DNA of 61,680 bases, filler included, from Choristocarpus tenellus KU-1152 (taxonomy: Eukaryota > Protista > Phaeophyceae), in assembly GCA_964200185.2 (NCBI GenBank). It is 12 parts of 12 records of this genome, joined end to end, with 100 filler letters (N's around TTAATTAATTAA, not from the genome) between each part and the next. Parts side by side here need not be neighbours in the genome. Positions count along the whole stretch, not along the records: positions 1 to 2,840 come from CAXNAD020024286.1; positions 2,941 to 5,599 come from CAXNAD020025883.1; positions 5,700 to 16,939 come from CAXNAD020002433.1; 9 more parts are not named here. One strand, 5' to 3'. Below the pieces are notes generated by a model. It had not been told where the DNA came from. It searched no databases and saw nothing but the letters and a program-made list of their open reading frames with translations. This document shows, one piece after another, positions 1 to 12,500 of this stretch (positions are counted from its first letter, which is position 1; each line of letters starts with the position of its first letter). The translations under genes were made by a program, and so were the position numbers.

Positions 1-57
1 TATGCTCCATCCTCAATTTTTGTGAGAGCCTGTTAATAGTGCGTACGCCGGTAGAAT

Positions 58-1010
58 GTGTATTTTCGATTTTTGACCCACCCAAGTCGTTACACTCCGA
101 TCAAGATACCGAATTTGAAAACAATATTGTTACAGTTGCAGTCTGTCTTTGGCTACCAGAAAACCAAAAACTACACCATATCACCCCCAAGGGAATTCTG
201 TGTTAGAGAGGGTACATGCTACATTGCATTCTATGCTAACAATGCATATCTCTGTTATTGAGGATAGCTGGGGATCATTACTTCCTTTCGTACAGTTAGC
301 CCATAACACAGCTTTCAGAGCAAAGTTGTATGAAATCCTGTTTTTCCTTCTGTTTGGAAGATAAGGCTGTTTACCTGTCGACATTATCCTTGGTTTGTCT
401 ATGCTGATTCAAATGTCACTACTGAAGAGTTTACTCAGCAAACCAAAGATACTTTACAGCTTTCATATGAGTTGGCACGCCGTAACCTCAACAATGACAC
501 GTTAAAAATCAGGAACGTGCGAACCAACGTCTTGCATTACCTGTTTTCGTCCCTGGTGACCAAGTTCTAATCCATAGGCCACATGATAGTACTGATGGTC
601 CGAATCCGAACTTACTTCACCCTTGGAGAGGTCTGTAGGAAATACATTCTAGGTATCATCCATTGTGCACAGGGTCGAACCACCTGGAAACCCACGTCCA
701 TTTTCCGTTCATCTGGGTAGAATGAAGTATTACTATCCTCAAGTCCAACCTCCCGCACCACACTTGAAAGAACTGGATTATTTGCTTCTGGGAAAACCAT
801 TACTATTGCCAGATGTAGATCATCAAAATATCTCAACCTGTTATTGGCCAGTACACTATTGATAGCATTATTGGACATAAACCTGACCCTACTCATCGTT
901 CATCCACAAATGTTATCTATCGTCTTTGTCTTTGTGGCCATGGACCGTGTTGTGATCTTTACAAAAGAATAGAACAGATCTCACAATGCTGAGAAATAGT
1001 TGCAGCCTAT
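58..1010 (+). mobile_element. Degenerate Ty3/gypsy LTR retrotransposon integrase with C-terminal chromodomain
   Basis: Integrase core motif TTPYHPQGNSVLERVHATLHSML...WGSLLPFVQLAHNTA (149-364), then a GPY/F-like segment (LTSPWRG, ~610-640) and a chromodomain-like segment YTIDSIIGHK...YRL..GHGP..D....EQISQC*EIVAAY (~852-1010). Several stops and frameshifts. Confidence 0.85.
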
Positions 1011-2840
1011 TGTGCAGTAAATTGATTAGATATCCAGTTTAATTCTCGACCCACAGAGTGTAGACTTGATATTTTGTATTTACTGTATATCATGTATTGC
1101 TCCAGTAATATAATCCATCATTTCAGGAAAAAAATTATGTATGTGCGGTACAGATCCTCACCATTTTTGTTTTTTGTGCGTTTGTGACTTGTGTGCCTTG
1201 ACCCGGATCTTGTGTTACCCACATATCATAATCCCTTACATGGGTTGACCATCTAGTTTAGGCAAATCGTTTGTGTGTCATTTTGTCATAGATGGATATA
1301 GTCTATCGTTTTGTTAAGATTAGATAACTGGTCACAGATTTCAGTTAACCTGTTCACAACCAGCTCTGACTTGACATCTTGTGTTTACCAAGTTTATTGA
1401 TCCTTGCAAATAGACTATACATATATGTTGGTGGCATTTAGATATATATTCATAATACAATTTATTTAACTCTCAACTCTCCTCGTTTGCATGAGTGGAT
1501 ACATGCGGTGATGAAGAGACCGTATCACCAGGCACATTAGCACCTGTGTGCTAGAGGTGGCTGTTCATTACATCATGTCACGTTTTCATGGGATGGTTTT
1601 ATTGGTGATCATGAAATCACTGATCCTATCAAAAACAAGGATTCAACTCCACCACTAGGGAAGTGATAGAGACTTCAGGTGAGTCGTATCTGTTCTTTGT
1701 TTTTCAAGTGGCATGATCTCCCCAACATGATATAACGGTCATACATTCACTTCATATCGTTTTGGAGAGTTGAGCCACCAATATCAAGCACCCAAGTTGT
1801 CCACTTGGAATATTGTAGTCATCGTGAGCAATATTTCAATTATTGTCAGAATGTGAGGAAGTAGAATGTGTCCACAAAATGTATATTTTATCTTGTAATC
1901 TGCTGTGTTGATTTGTTTTCGCGCATAGGAACGTTGATCAAAATCATCGTATAACACTCATGTAGCAATGTCAGATGACAAACGCTTGTCAAGCAGTTTA
2001 TTGACATTGTACAGCGTTTGCCCCTCATATCCCCATTCTGAGTATCCTCTGCTTATGCAAGATACAAGGGCCCTATATCCTGACCACATCTACCTCTTGC
2101 CTCATATTTAGGCTGACTGATGTGCCGATCCCATACTCCCAGACCTCATAAGCTTGATTGGTATGCTGACCACATAAAACAAACCTTAGGCTAGTGTTGT
2201 CTTGATCAGATATTCCATAAAGCGCCTCGTATATATATTCCACTTCATTTTGTGTTAATGGAGCACTGAAATATAACGGTGCAATAGTCTACTAAAATCA
2301 CATATGTTTCCCATTTTCCTCCTCTGTTTCTGTTTCAGTTGCATTTTTTATGGTATAGGGAAATTTTGTGTAGTATGTTGACAATACTTTGGTATGTGGA
2401 AGGATGGGCGTTAATGTCTAAAGGTTCTGGATGGACTGCTGGTGTCCACACTATGTGTTGTACCACTCCATGATAAGAATGTGTACAGGTCAAAGGCTGA
2501 GATATGTACTCCAAGTAGTACATACATATAGATAGCAATGTTTCAAATCTTCTGCAGACTTCTTAGTTCGAGACCATGATAATTTTATTCGTATTTATGC
2601 GTAGTAAGAACATTAGGAAGCATATATGTGGATTTTTTATATCTACATAGATATTTTTTTAATACATTTGACCCTTAACAAATGAGTGTCAAATACAGTG
2701 AATAAAGTGGTACCAGTAGCTTTGCCCTCTGTGACAATCTTGGGATTTTTGGCAAAGTATCGCTAAAAGAGATGTATGTCATGAGGCAGGGGTCCAATCA
2801 GCCGTGGGGGGTGTTCAGAATCACCAGTTGTGTCATGGTG

Positions 2841-2940
2841 NNNNNNNNNNNNNNNNNNNNNNNNNNNNNNNNNNNNNNNNNNNNTTAATTAATTAANNNN
2901 NNNNNNNNNNNNNNNNNNNNNNNNNNNNNNNNNNNNNNNN
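2841..2940. other. Artificial contig spacer (N44-TTAATTAATTAA-N44), also at ~5600, 16940, 20831, 26629, 34522, 41397, 45201, 49706, 53989 and 58189
   Basis: The same 100-nt N-flanked linker with stops in all six frames occurs 11 times. Confidence 0.98.
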
Positions 2941-4224
2941 CCTGCCTTCCCCCCACGCTTAGCCGCTCCTCGCCCATTAGAAATGCCACCCCCACGGCCT
3001 TTACTCTTCCCACTTCCTCCCTTTCGAGGAGAAGAGCTGACTTGGGATGCAGATCCTTGTGTCAGAATGACCACATTCTCCCCATATTCCATACTGCCCC
3101 TACTTGTGCTGTACCTGTTGAGAGGAGGGGGGGATCTCCTTGATATGTTTCACCGGATTTCACCATCAATGAAATTCGATGCGATGTAGCTTGACGTGTG
3201 TGTAGCTTGACCGCCTAATTTTTTTGTTTTCGATCGGTTTTGCGGTACTCTGATTTACTCTTGCCTACATCATGTACATTTCAGGCTAGTACCTTAATAC
3301 TGTGGCCACGTAGCTTCCTGTTTCACTGTAGTCGCTGAAAACAACGTACCTTAACCATCACCACTACTAATAACTTCAATATTGGCAGGCCTCGCACTAA
3401 TACCAACATATTATTTCATTCCCAACATTATCTTGACTGATTCCAAATAAGGTCAACTTATGGAATCATGCCAGGGATAACACCCAGGAGAATTTGCATC
3501 TCAAGTCACCATACACAGTTGTGTAGATGAAACATAATTGAGGGCTCATCAGCCACGCCTACTACAAGCGACATCAGGTAAGCATGTTGCAGGTCACCTC
3601 ATCAAGGGGGTGTACCCTAAGAAGAGAAATAGAAACAAGGCTGAACAGCGTTGTGACATACATGTGTAGCTAAATCTCAAGATTTGCAAACTCACAACCT
3701 CCCACACACCTTTAACAACACCAAAGTGCCTGCACACCTATCACTCACCCAGTCACCCATCGTTCGCCAACCAGTTTGGGCCACCTTCTACCTGCATCCA
3801 CTGTCACGTTTCCCCCACCGGCATTTGACCCTTGCGTGGCACGGAATGAGCATTGATTGCCTCCTTGAAAGGAGAGGGAGGGTTGCCTCGACGACTCCTT
3901 CCTAATTCCATAAGCTTCACAGGACCTCTCAACTCTACGGCTGCTGTCATCACCACAGGACTCATCCACCTGTATTTCTTTAGTGCTTGCAGACCCATGC
4001 CGAACTGGCGAAATATCTGGAATGCCTGACTCGAAGTATCTTGGGAGTGGGGAAGGGTGACATGGGAGAGGTGATGGGAGGTGGCTTAATCCCAAGTTGA
4101 TAAGAGCAATTCTGTCTCCTAGAAAAACGACGATTAGACACGAACGGAATTCCCTGAGCCAACTCATCTTTGACGAGTATTTCTCCCCACTTCCAGTGGC
4201 TGCATTGCTTTCTACTAATGGCAC
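2941..4224 (-). mobile_element. Possible degenerate retroelement gag-like remnant
   Basis: Broken minus-strand frames (WLREFRSCLIVVF...; KLHRIEF..NPVKHIKE; a G/R/K-rich GRGGG..GRG..RGG tail of the kind that precedes a gag zinc knuckle). No diagnostic motif is intact. Confidence 0.35.
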
Positions 4225-5031
4225 AGGACCATACTCACTGGTTTAGAGCTCGCTCAAGGTTGTAATCGGCTGCCCTGAGTAAGCTCTGAAGCTGCCTCTC
4301 ATTTCCACAGATCCCCATCGATCGCAAGGTCTCAAGCTTTTCAACCACCGACATGACCACCGCTTTTCCCTGGTAAGGGGGAGCCCTATTGATAAACCTA
4401 TCATATATTGATAAGACATGCAGTCTGTCGATTTGAAAATTTCAAAGAGTGGTTCCAATTTCGTGCTCGCGCGCGCGAGATTCTTCGCTCATAGAAGCAA
4501 GGATGTATGTCATCCCTATAACGGTTAAATCGACCCTTGCCTCACACTAAAACAACAATTGTCTTGTGTGACATCGTTCACTATATATATAGAAATATCG
4601 TGATTCTATATAATAACGCCCGTATCGTATTTCTCAATATCGATAAAGCATACCGATACACCCTGAAAACACTACAAAATCGGGATTATCTACTCCTCCT
4701 CCTAATGATCGCCTTCATACTACTATTTTATGCGTCTGGGGTTGTCTGTCAGAACTTTTGATGTAGACATCGGATTTAAACAAAAAAAGCATATTCGTAA
4801 TGCCCGTCACAATGCTCTCAGAGTACGGGCTTCGTTTTTTTCGTCATTTTTTTTTATTTTTGAAGAAAGACCAGTCATATTGGGGTTCGAACCCAAGATT
4901 GTAGGTCACCAAGAGTGCCAACAGATATACTATTACTTGATTAAAGCATAGGGTTTACGCGGGAAAAAAGCCTCCCCACCCTTTCTTCCTGTGTGTTCAC
5001 ATACCCACTCTTTGACCTCGGGAAGGATGTC

Positions 5032-5400
5032 CTAGTTGAGGCTTAGAACGAAACGCCTCTCGTCGTACCCTTGCTCCGACACCTTGATGTGACCCTTAGT
5101 TCGAAGGTCTCTCTCCCATTTACTCACAGTTTCCAACCTGACCATCGCATATCCTGCTGCCATCTCGAGCACCGCTTGACGGTCTTTCCCGCCGTTCATA
5201 CACAACAGGTACAGGATTCGCAGTGTTTGAGTCTTTACTATTACATTTTCTCGTTGAGCGCCGGAAATGGTTCCCTTCTTTCGGACTTCAGAGCCCTTGT
5301 AGCCCAACCCTAACACCTTTCTCGTTTCCAAAGTCACTCTGGCTCACATAGCTTCCAAACAGCTAGGGCCTGCTGCAACTGTCGACTACTAAGATATTCT
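5032..5400 (-). mobile_element. IS630/Tc1-mariner-like transposase N-terminal (HTH) fragment
   Basis: ETVSKWERDLRTKGHIKVSEQG resembles the 'TxxxWxxxxxxxGxxxxSxQG' HTH segment of fungal/stramenopile Tc1-like transposases. It abuts a MITE-B copy at 5401. Confidence 0.5.
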
Positions 5401-5570
5401 GGCTCAAAGTATCTGGGGGGGGGGGTGGCGGCTGTCCATTTGTTGTCAATCGTTTCATGTCGCGATTTTTTGGTGATTTGGTTGCATACATCGGGTGGAT
5501 AATGTAAATACACTTTTCCTGATTATGGACCAAGTGGACACCCTGATATAGTCACTCCTTCCCCCCCCCC
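5401..5570 (+). mobile_element. MITE family B (poly-G/poly-C termini), right end eroded
   Basis: Starts GGCTCAAAGTATCTGGGGGG. The internal sequence matches copies at 23610, 49504, 49811 and 61459. Confidence 0.85.
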
Positions 5571-6814
5571 GTTGGTTGAATTATTATCCCCTTGGTTGTN
5601 NNNNNNNNNNNNNNNNNNNNNNNNNNNNNNNNNNNNNNNNNNNTTAATTAATTAANNNNNNNNNNNNNNNNNNNNNNNNNNNNNNNNNNNNNNNNNNNNC
5701 TGGAACGGACACCCCCCCACAAACCCCCACCCCCCCCCCCCAGATACTTTGACCCCCCTCTTGGGGTTATGTTGGTCCTCTTGAATGCCTTTTGGAACTA
5801 CTTGACTCTTGACTGTGTGGGTTGATTTGAGAGAGTTGTGTGCTGCACCACCTGTATAGATTGATTTCACAAATTTAGACACCTTGGTGGATGTAAAGTT
5901 GCATGGGATGTGATTGGTATCTACAGTAGTGCTATAGAGCAATTTTTGACAGCATATTCTAGAGTACTGTGTTGCATTTTGATGACCTCATGTATGTTGT
6001 GTAGTTACCTTCATGGCCAACAAAGCCGTCAGGTCAATAGAAATGGTCACGGAGTATAGCACTAAGTGGCATAGTTAATCAGTAGTCGGTTGGTTCGGGT
6101 CCCATTTTATGTGTTGTGAACATGAGCATCTCATGTTGTTGGTTGGAGTTGGTTGGAGTAATTTCTGGTGTGCTAGGTTTGGTTAGGGGATTGTGTGCAT
6201 GTCAAGAACAGGACAACTTTCTCATCTGGTTGTTTTGAAATGAAAGCATTTATGACTATAATTTACATGAGGTAGAAAAATTTCAATGTGCTTGATTATT
6301 ATTGGAAGGAAAAGGCAGCACCTGATTGGAGGCGTGTGATTTGGTGAGGTGTCATAGCAATGTCATAGCAATGTGCGCAGTCAACATCAATGTTAATAAA
6401 TGTTATTTTTTTAATGAAAACAATTGCGAGTAGCCCCTCAATTTTCGTTTTTGATTGATCACAAATTTATCAAATGGTAGCAAATTAACCACTACAACTT
6501 ACAACTCTATTGCCTGGGCATCTTAAGAATCTATGTGAAATGTTGTATGTCAGTCAATCAATACATACAAAGGGATGCAAAGACCACTGTGAATGGTAAT
6601 GGTTATAGTGTCAGCTGTCACTTGTATTGTCAGTAACTGTATTCAACGGGTTGGGATCATGTTACGAAATGGAACAGTTTTCTAAGGGAAACGTTTTTTT
6701 TTCTGTTTTATAGGATAGTCAACGCTGAACCAGTAAGATGTGTTTACCCTACAACCTTCCCTATCTGTACACCAATCACATGGCGGGTCTGATTGTTGTA
6801 TTGCTATTTGTCAG

Positions 6815-7496
6815 GTAGACTTGCAGCGACAAAGGCGAAAAGGGTTGATCAATCCCAGTAAGCTGCCTGTGACTGTTGCTGCACCTCACCCGTCAACCAC
6901 AAAGCTGGATCCTCAACCCTCCATGGAGGATGACAACTCTTTGGGAGAGGGGGCAGGAGGGGGTGAAGAGAGAATGTTACCAATGTTGGCAGGCAATGGC
7001 GTGGCATATGGTGATGGAGAAGGAGGTGAAGAAGAGGCAGTTGGTGATGGGGATGTGGAGCACGACCATGAGGACGATACTGTCCAGGGCATGAATGGCA
7101 ATGGGGTTGACATGATGGTGAGGAGATATGGTGGGGTGGGGGGGGGGAAGTAGGGAGAGTGGTGGGAAGGGGGCTTTTTTTTATTTTGGAAGGTGTTGAT
7201 GTTGATGTTGATAAGTGAGGCTGGGGATATTATGTTATGTTTGTACATGAACATGTCAGTTGTACTTGGTATGCAAATAGCAACAGCTTGGAGATTTGTA
7301 AGAGTGAGTGCTATTACTCAAGGTGGATATTAAAGTGATCTACTTTCATTCCATTATCAAGGTGATTTTGCCCATGCCTGTGCTTTTTTAACCTCTCCAC
7401 TGGATTTTGCAGGATGCAGAAGGTCCAAATGCAGACCTGAACCAAGCTGGTACTGATGATGAACCAGAACAAGAAGAACAGGTGCAGTATTTGTGA
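6815..7496 (+). CDS. Two acidic low-complexity exons of an unidentified gene (6815-7117, 7413-7496), probably a 3' end
   Basis: tcag|GTA...ATG|gtgagg and tgcag|GAT...TGA, both phase 0. Translation is VDLQRQRRKGLINPSK...DMM-DAEGPNADLNQAGTDDEPEQEEQVQYL*. Confidence 0.5.
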
Positions 7497-9501
7497 TGTG
7501 ATGCTGCTGAGAGATATCTAATCCGTAACCTTTTGTCTTTTTGTAAGAACTTGATAAACTATCTTGATTATCTATGGAAGAGGCATGCAACACTTCTCCT
7601 GGCTGTTTATGTATTGTGGGAAATGATGAACACAGCGATATTTGATAATGTTCTTATATGTGCTTCTGAGTAGTTACTATTGGTATATCTACCTACACCT
7701 CTTGCTGTGTGTACCTTGTTCTTCATGATGTCATACATGAACAAAAGTTCTCATCCCTCACAACATATTTAGCTGAGCTCTGGAGTGTCCTTGTTTTTGA
7801 GACAGGGAGGAAAGGGGGAGGGAAAAATCCCTCCCCCCCCCCTAACCTGCATACATCTCTACGTTATTGCATACATACATACAAAATACATTAAAACAAA
7901 TACTCAGGTATATAAAAACATAACCAAATTTCTTATTCTACAATGCCATGATACCTTGACTGAACCAACTCTTTTGATTCTCTGTATGTGTCTTGACTTT
8001 GGTTTCCTTTTGTTGTGTTTGGGACATGGACATGGACATGGTTAGAGTGATTGTGCTCTCTTAGGGATCATCTGTGCATTTTTGAATGCTATTTTAAATT
8101 TACTCACAAATGGAGTTTGGTAGTGGCTTAGTGGTTAATGGAGACTGTTCCCTGCGCTAATTTTGTGGGTTTGAACCACATCAATACCGTGACCCCGTTT
8201 GTGGAAATAAAGTTTTCATTATCTACTGCTCATGCAGCAAGCGCTATAGATTGTACACCTACTTGTAGTATGGTATCTGTTGGTACACCACAAAAATGCC
8301 ATACCAAGAACAAGGTGTCAAGGCTTCATTGTTGAGTGGCAAGTGGTGGAATTGCTGTACCCAACTTGTGAGAAGCAAGGCAGAAATGGAGACAGTACTA
8401 TTTATAGTAGTAGTTTGTTGTGGTGCATCAGATAGTTACTGTGATAGTAGTTTGTAGAATAAATAGCGATAAGTAGTGCAATGTGTAGTGCCTCTGACCA
8501 TGGGTTGGGATAGCCCCCAGACTGAGGCAGAGAATGATTGCAGGTAGTGGTAGGATTATGATTGTGTATGTAAAGAGACTGTGTTTTGTGTACTTCAACG
8601 GAGTCAGTGTGTAGAACGGAGTGTAGTTGCCTTCAAATTACTGTGGTGATAAATCTTAAATATTGCCGTTTAAATTACTGTGGTGTTTGTTCCATTTCTG
8701 TTTTGTTTTTGTCCTTCAGAGGAGACTTAGGGTTAGGGTTAGGACCTCCAATTGAATTAACTCAAAGTTACGGGATTTGTCAGTATAAATGTGTAGGAGT
8801 GTTTTTGACTATTGAGTCACTAGTGCACTATTTTATTTATTGTATTTGTTCCACTTGGAGGCAGTGTTCAGGTTAGGATTAGGATTTAGTTCACAGTGCA
8901 GTTTGACAACAGTATGTTGAATTATTTACGCTATTTACAGAAAATAACATATCCTTGCATACCGCTCCACCCATGAACCATAACCATTTTTAGTGTTAAG
9001 AATTCCTCAAATTGGGAACTTTCCGTATTAGTTGTTAGCCTGTAGCCTGCGCCAAAAACACATCTATGCTAAGCATTGCTTGTGGTATGTGTATGCAAAT
9101 ACAGATACTAAGAGTTAATGGTTGTTATCCAAACCATAACTTCTGTCATCAAAGAAATACATGTTGGCCAAAATTTGAATCTAAGATGTGTTGGGTGGAA
9201 GCAAAGGTGTAGGTTAGGGGGCCGAACTGTAAGACCTTTCAGCTTTTAAAGTGCACTTATGTTTGAATTTACTTTCATAGGCACTTGTGACTGTTTCCTC
9301 ATAATGCATTCTCACAGCCAACAATCAGAACTACATATGGAACATTCTATTACATTCTTATCCATGACTGTGCTCTTAACCCTAACACTTGGATGTAACC
9401 TGCCCTGATTTGCCCAATGTGGGATCACTAACCACTGGATGGACCCCTCTGTGATTGGTTGATTGTGGAACTTCAATCTTGACTACCACCTGAATTTGCA
9501 G

Positions 9502-12500
9502 GGGAGTATCTTTACCGACACTGTCCACAGTGAGGATGAAAGCAGCATTGAGGACGATGTTGGATTGGGGTCATTGATGGGGGATGATATCAATGTCTCA
9601 GCTTTTACACACAATCGCTTGGTTCCCACGGTATGGACACTTGATTGCTAGTTTGTGCAGCCCTGTCCAATCCCCGTCTATGTCTTATGATTAGTGTTAG
9701 GTCACAGAATATGACACCACCCTACCTCTACCCTCCCCTGGCCTTGCATTTCCTTCAAACCAAATATACTTTTCATGATCCTCTCACCCCATATTGTTTG
9801 AAGAAGAGTATTAGTATTAGTAGTCCACACTACAGTACTAATTCTTGTACTTGTTTTACACCTGTTCCTGATTTGCACACTATACAATTCCTTTCTCATC
9901 CTTTCCATCCCACTACCTCTAACTCTGGCCTTGTTGATAAGGTTACTGGTCATGCTGGGGCAGCCGTACTTGGTGACCACATCTTGATGCTGGGAGGGGG
10001 TAATAAGCGGCAGTTTCATGGTTGCCGACATGTACTTGCTTACAGTCCCAGGGAGAGGACCTGGACCAAATTCACTACTCATGGTGCAGCACCAAATGCC
10101 CTGATCTATCATAGGTGGGAAGGGTTGAGCAGGTGTTACAGGTATAGAGAGGTACTCTGGTGTTGGCTGCTTTTTGCATTATAAGTCAGTTTTTCAATAT
10201 TTTGTAACTCACATGTATTTCTACAAATGAAGTGGTGCTATGTTTGACTTGAGAGCGTTGATTTCTCTATGTATTAAAGTTTTCAACACAGTTAGGAAAA
10301 TATCTTATATATCCTATACAACACACCTTTGTAAAAAAAAAAATGCACATGTTTGGCGTCATCCTTCAAATGTAAATTATGTAAAAGATCTAACACCGGG
10401 TACCTCTTGTTCATTTTGACTCAAGAGACATTTAAAAAAAACACACACACACTTTTGACTCTTCGAGTGCATCACAACTAAGTTGGAGAATGCTCTACAG
10501 GGCAGAAGAGTTGGTCGTAGGGCTTTCCATCTATACCACAGGCTGGTGGAGGGTACCCAAATTGTGGGGAGCAAAGGATCATGCCTAGCTGTCTTGTGTG
10601 TCCCTGTGGTGATATAAGTTGCCCTGTATGGCAAGTTTGGCATGTAAGTACCTAAATTGGATACGGTACTTCGTTCATGTGGTTTTTTGTTGGATGTGCT
10701 TACATTGTGTTTGCTTGTTTTCCATGATTGTTCACAGATTATCATTGGTGCATGTGTGTTGATGCTTGTCTGTTGATTGGTCAGTGTAACTTCCCTGGAA
10801 CCGCCTTGGAGACAATCAAGAAACTTGCTGGTGTTTGGGGGCAGCAGCACTGGCAGGACTAGGGACAACCCACCGGTGTGCTAAATGCTTGTGTACTGTG
10901 TCTTCTATACTGTGTGTGTGTGTGTTGTAATTGGTCTATCGGTGCTTATTGTTGCTTACTGTCATCATTGTAGTCAGTGTACTACCTGTAGTGACCCACT
11001 GTTGATGCACACCTTGGTTGAACCAGGGCAAGGGGTGTTGGTAAGAGCATTGATGCGTTTTGAGGAAGCATTGACTTGTAATGGGTGACCACTTTTGTAG
11101 TCATTAGCATGGCACCCTCAGATATACCAATCCAGGCTGTGTTGATACTCCCCACTGTAAGCTGCCTTCCCTTCCATTGTGAACTGAATCTGTACACTTG
11201 TTCCAAATCTTCCCTGTCCCACCTCTATGTGGCACCTCATATATGCCAACACCCTTGCAGCCTCTGTCTGATCCCCCACCTCCACCTTCAGTCCTTGCTC
11301 ATACATGGTGACTGTTCATGGCACACCTATGTTCATTGTTCTATTGTCCCTCACAGATGATTGCAGAGCCACCCCAGATTATGGTATTGGACTCGCTTAC
11401 GATGCGTTGGTCTTTGCCCAGAGTAGAGGGGGATGGACCTGGAATACGTACTAGACATACAACTGTTGCAGTTTATGGTGACACTGAGTACGAAGACCTA
11501 TTTATGGATCAACAAATATCTGGTGGAGACCATGGTATGTACTCTTGTAATTGTTCTCATATTCTCCCACTGCTGCTCAATATCATGTTGCACTTTATTG
11601 TTGAGAAGGTGTCATTGGAGCAGTGATTATAGTGGTGCAGATTTTTCTGGCTAGGGAGTATGAGTGAAAGTATCTTAGAGGGTACAACTTTTGCCCTGTT
11701 TGTCCATTTCGAGGTTGGCTTCCCACGGGTTTTTTATGACATTTTTCTACTCCAAAATGTTTCGAAGTAGGTAAAATGTCTAAGTTATGAAAGATGGGTC
11801 TGTAACAAGGATATTTACACCTCTTAACAAACAAGATAAACAAAAATACATCAATATCGTAACATTGGATTTTGGCCCCCAAATGGATGCGGCTCTACCC
11901 TCTAAGATAATTTGACTCTATGTAGAGTGTATGGTTCACTGTTGTGTCCATAGCTTGTACTGTAGAGGGTATTGATATGTGAGGTTTCTTTAAATTGGCC
12001 CCCAAATGATGGCACTAGAGAGAGGTTATCGTTCAAAACTGAAGATGCTTAAGGTCTACTCCCAATAGATTTTTTTCAGGGGCTACTGTTATAGATTAGA
12101 ATATTATATACACAACAGATCTAGTGATTCTCTCCTATTCTCTCTCTCTCTCTCTGGGAAGCTAGAGAGAGGAGTGAGAAAGGTTAGAAGTTGTGACAGA
12201 AATGCTAAGAATGCCTCTGAAAGACAGGTGATTTTTTGAAGTGGGTGATTGGCCCTTACCATCACCCATACAGCTACCTTTGTTGATTTTCTTCTCAAAA
12301 TTACATTGTGCCCTTGAGAAATATCTGATTATCTCACATGCTTGCTTGGCTGTTGAGTGGTAATGTAAATCTTCAACCAACTTTGTCTGTGAACTCCTCC
12401 CTTACTGTCCTGCTCCACCACAACACACTGCTACACACATCAGTGGGGTATGTAAACCCTGGTCATAGATTGGACTGGACTTTTAGATCATCCAAGGGTG

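Noticed and set aside
2841-2940. Recurrent TTAATTAATTAA palindrome between N runs as a biological motif
   Set aside because: It is the same 100-nt all-frame-stop linker each time, so it is a concatenation artefact. ORFs running into X strings and gene adjacency across linkers are meaningless.
11595-11882. Recurrent short ORFs ending '...NGQTGQNSYPLRYFHS' as a gene family
   Set aside because: They are chance translations of MITE-A, and the frames are not conserved between copies.
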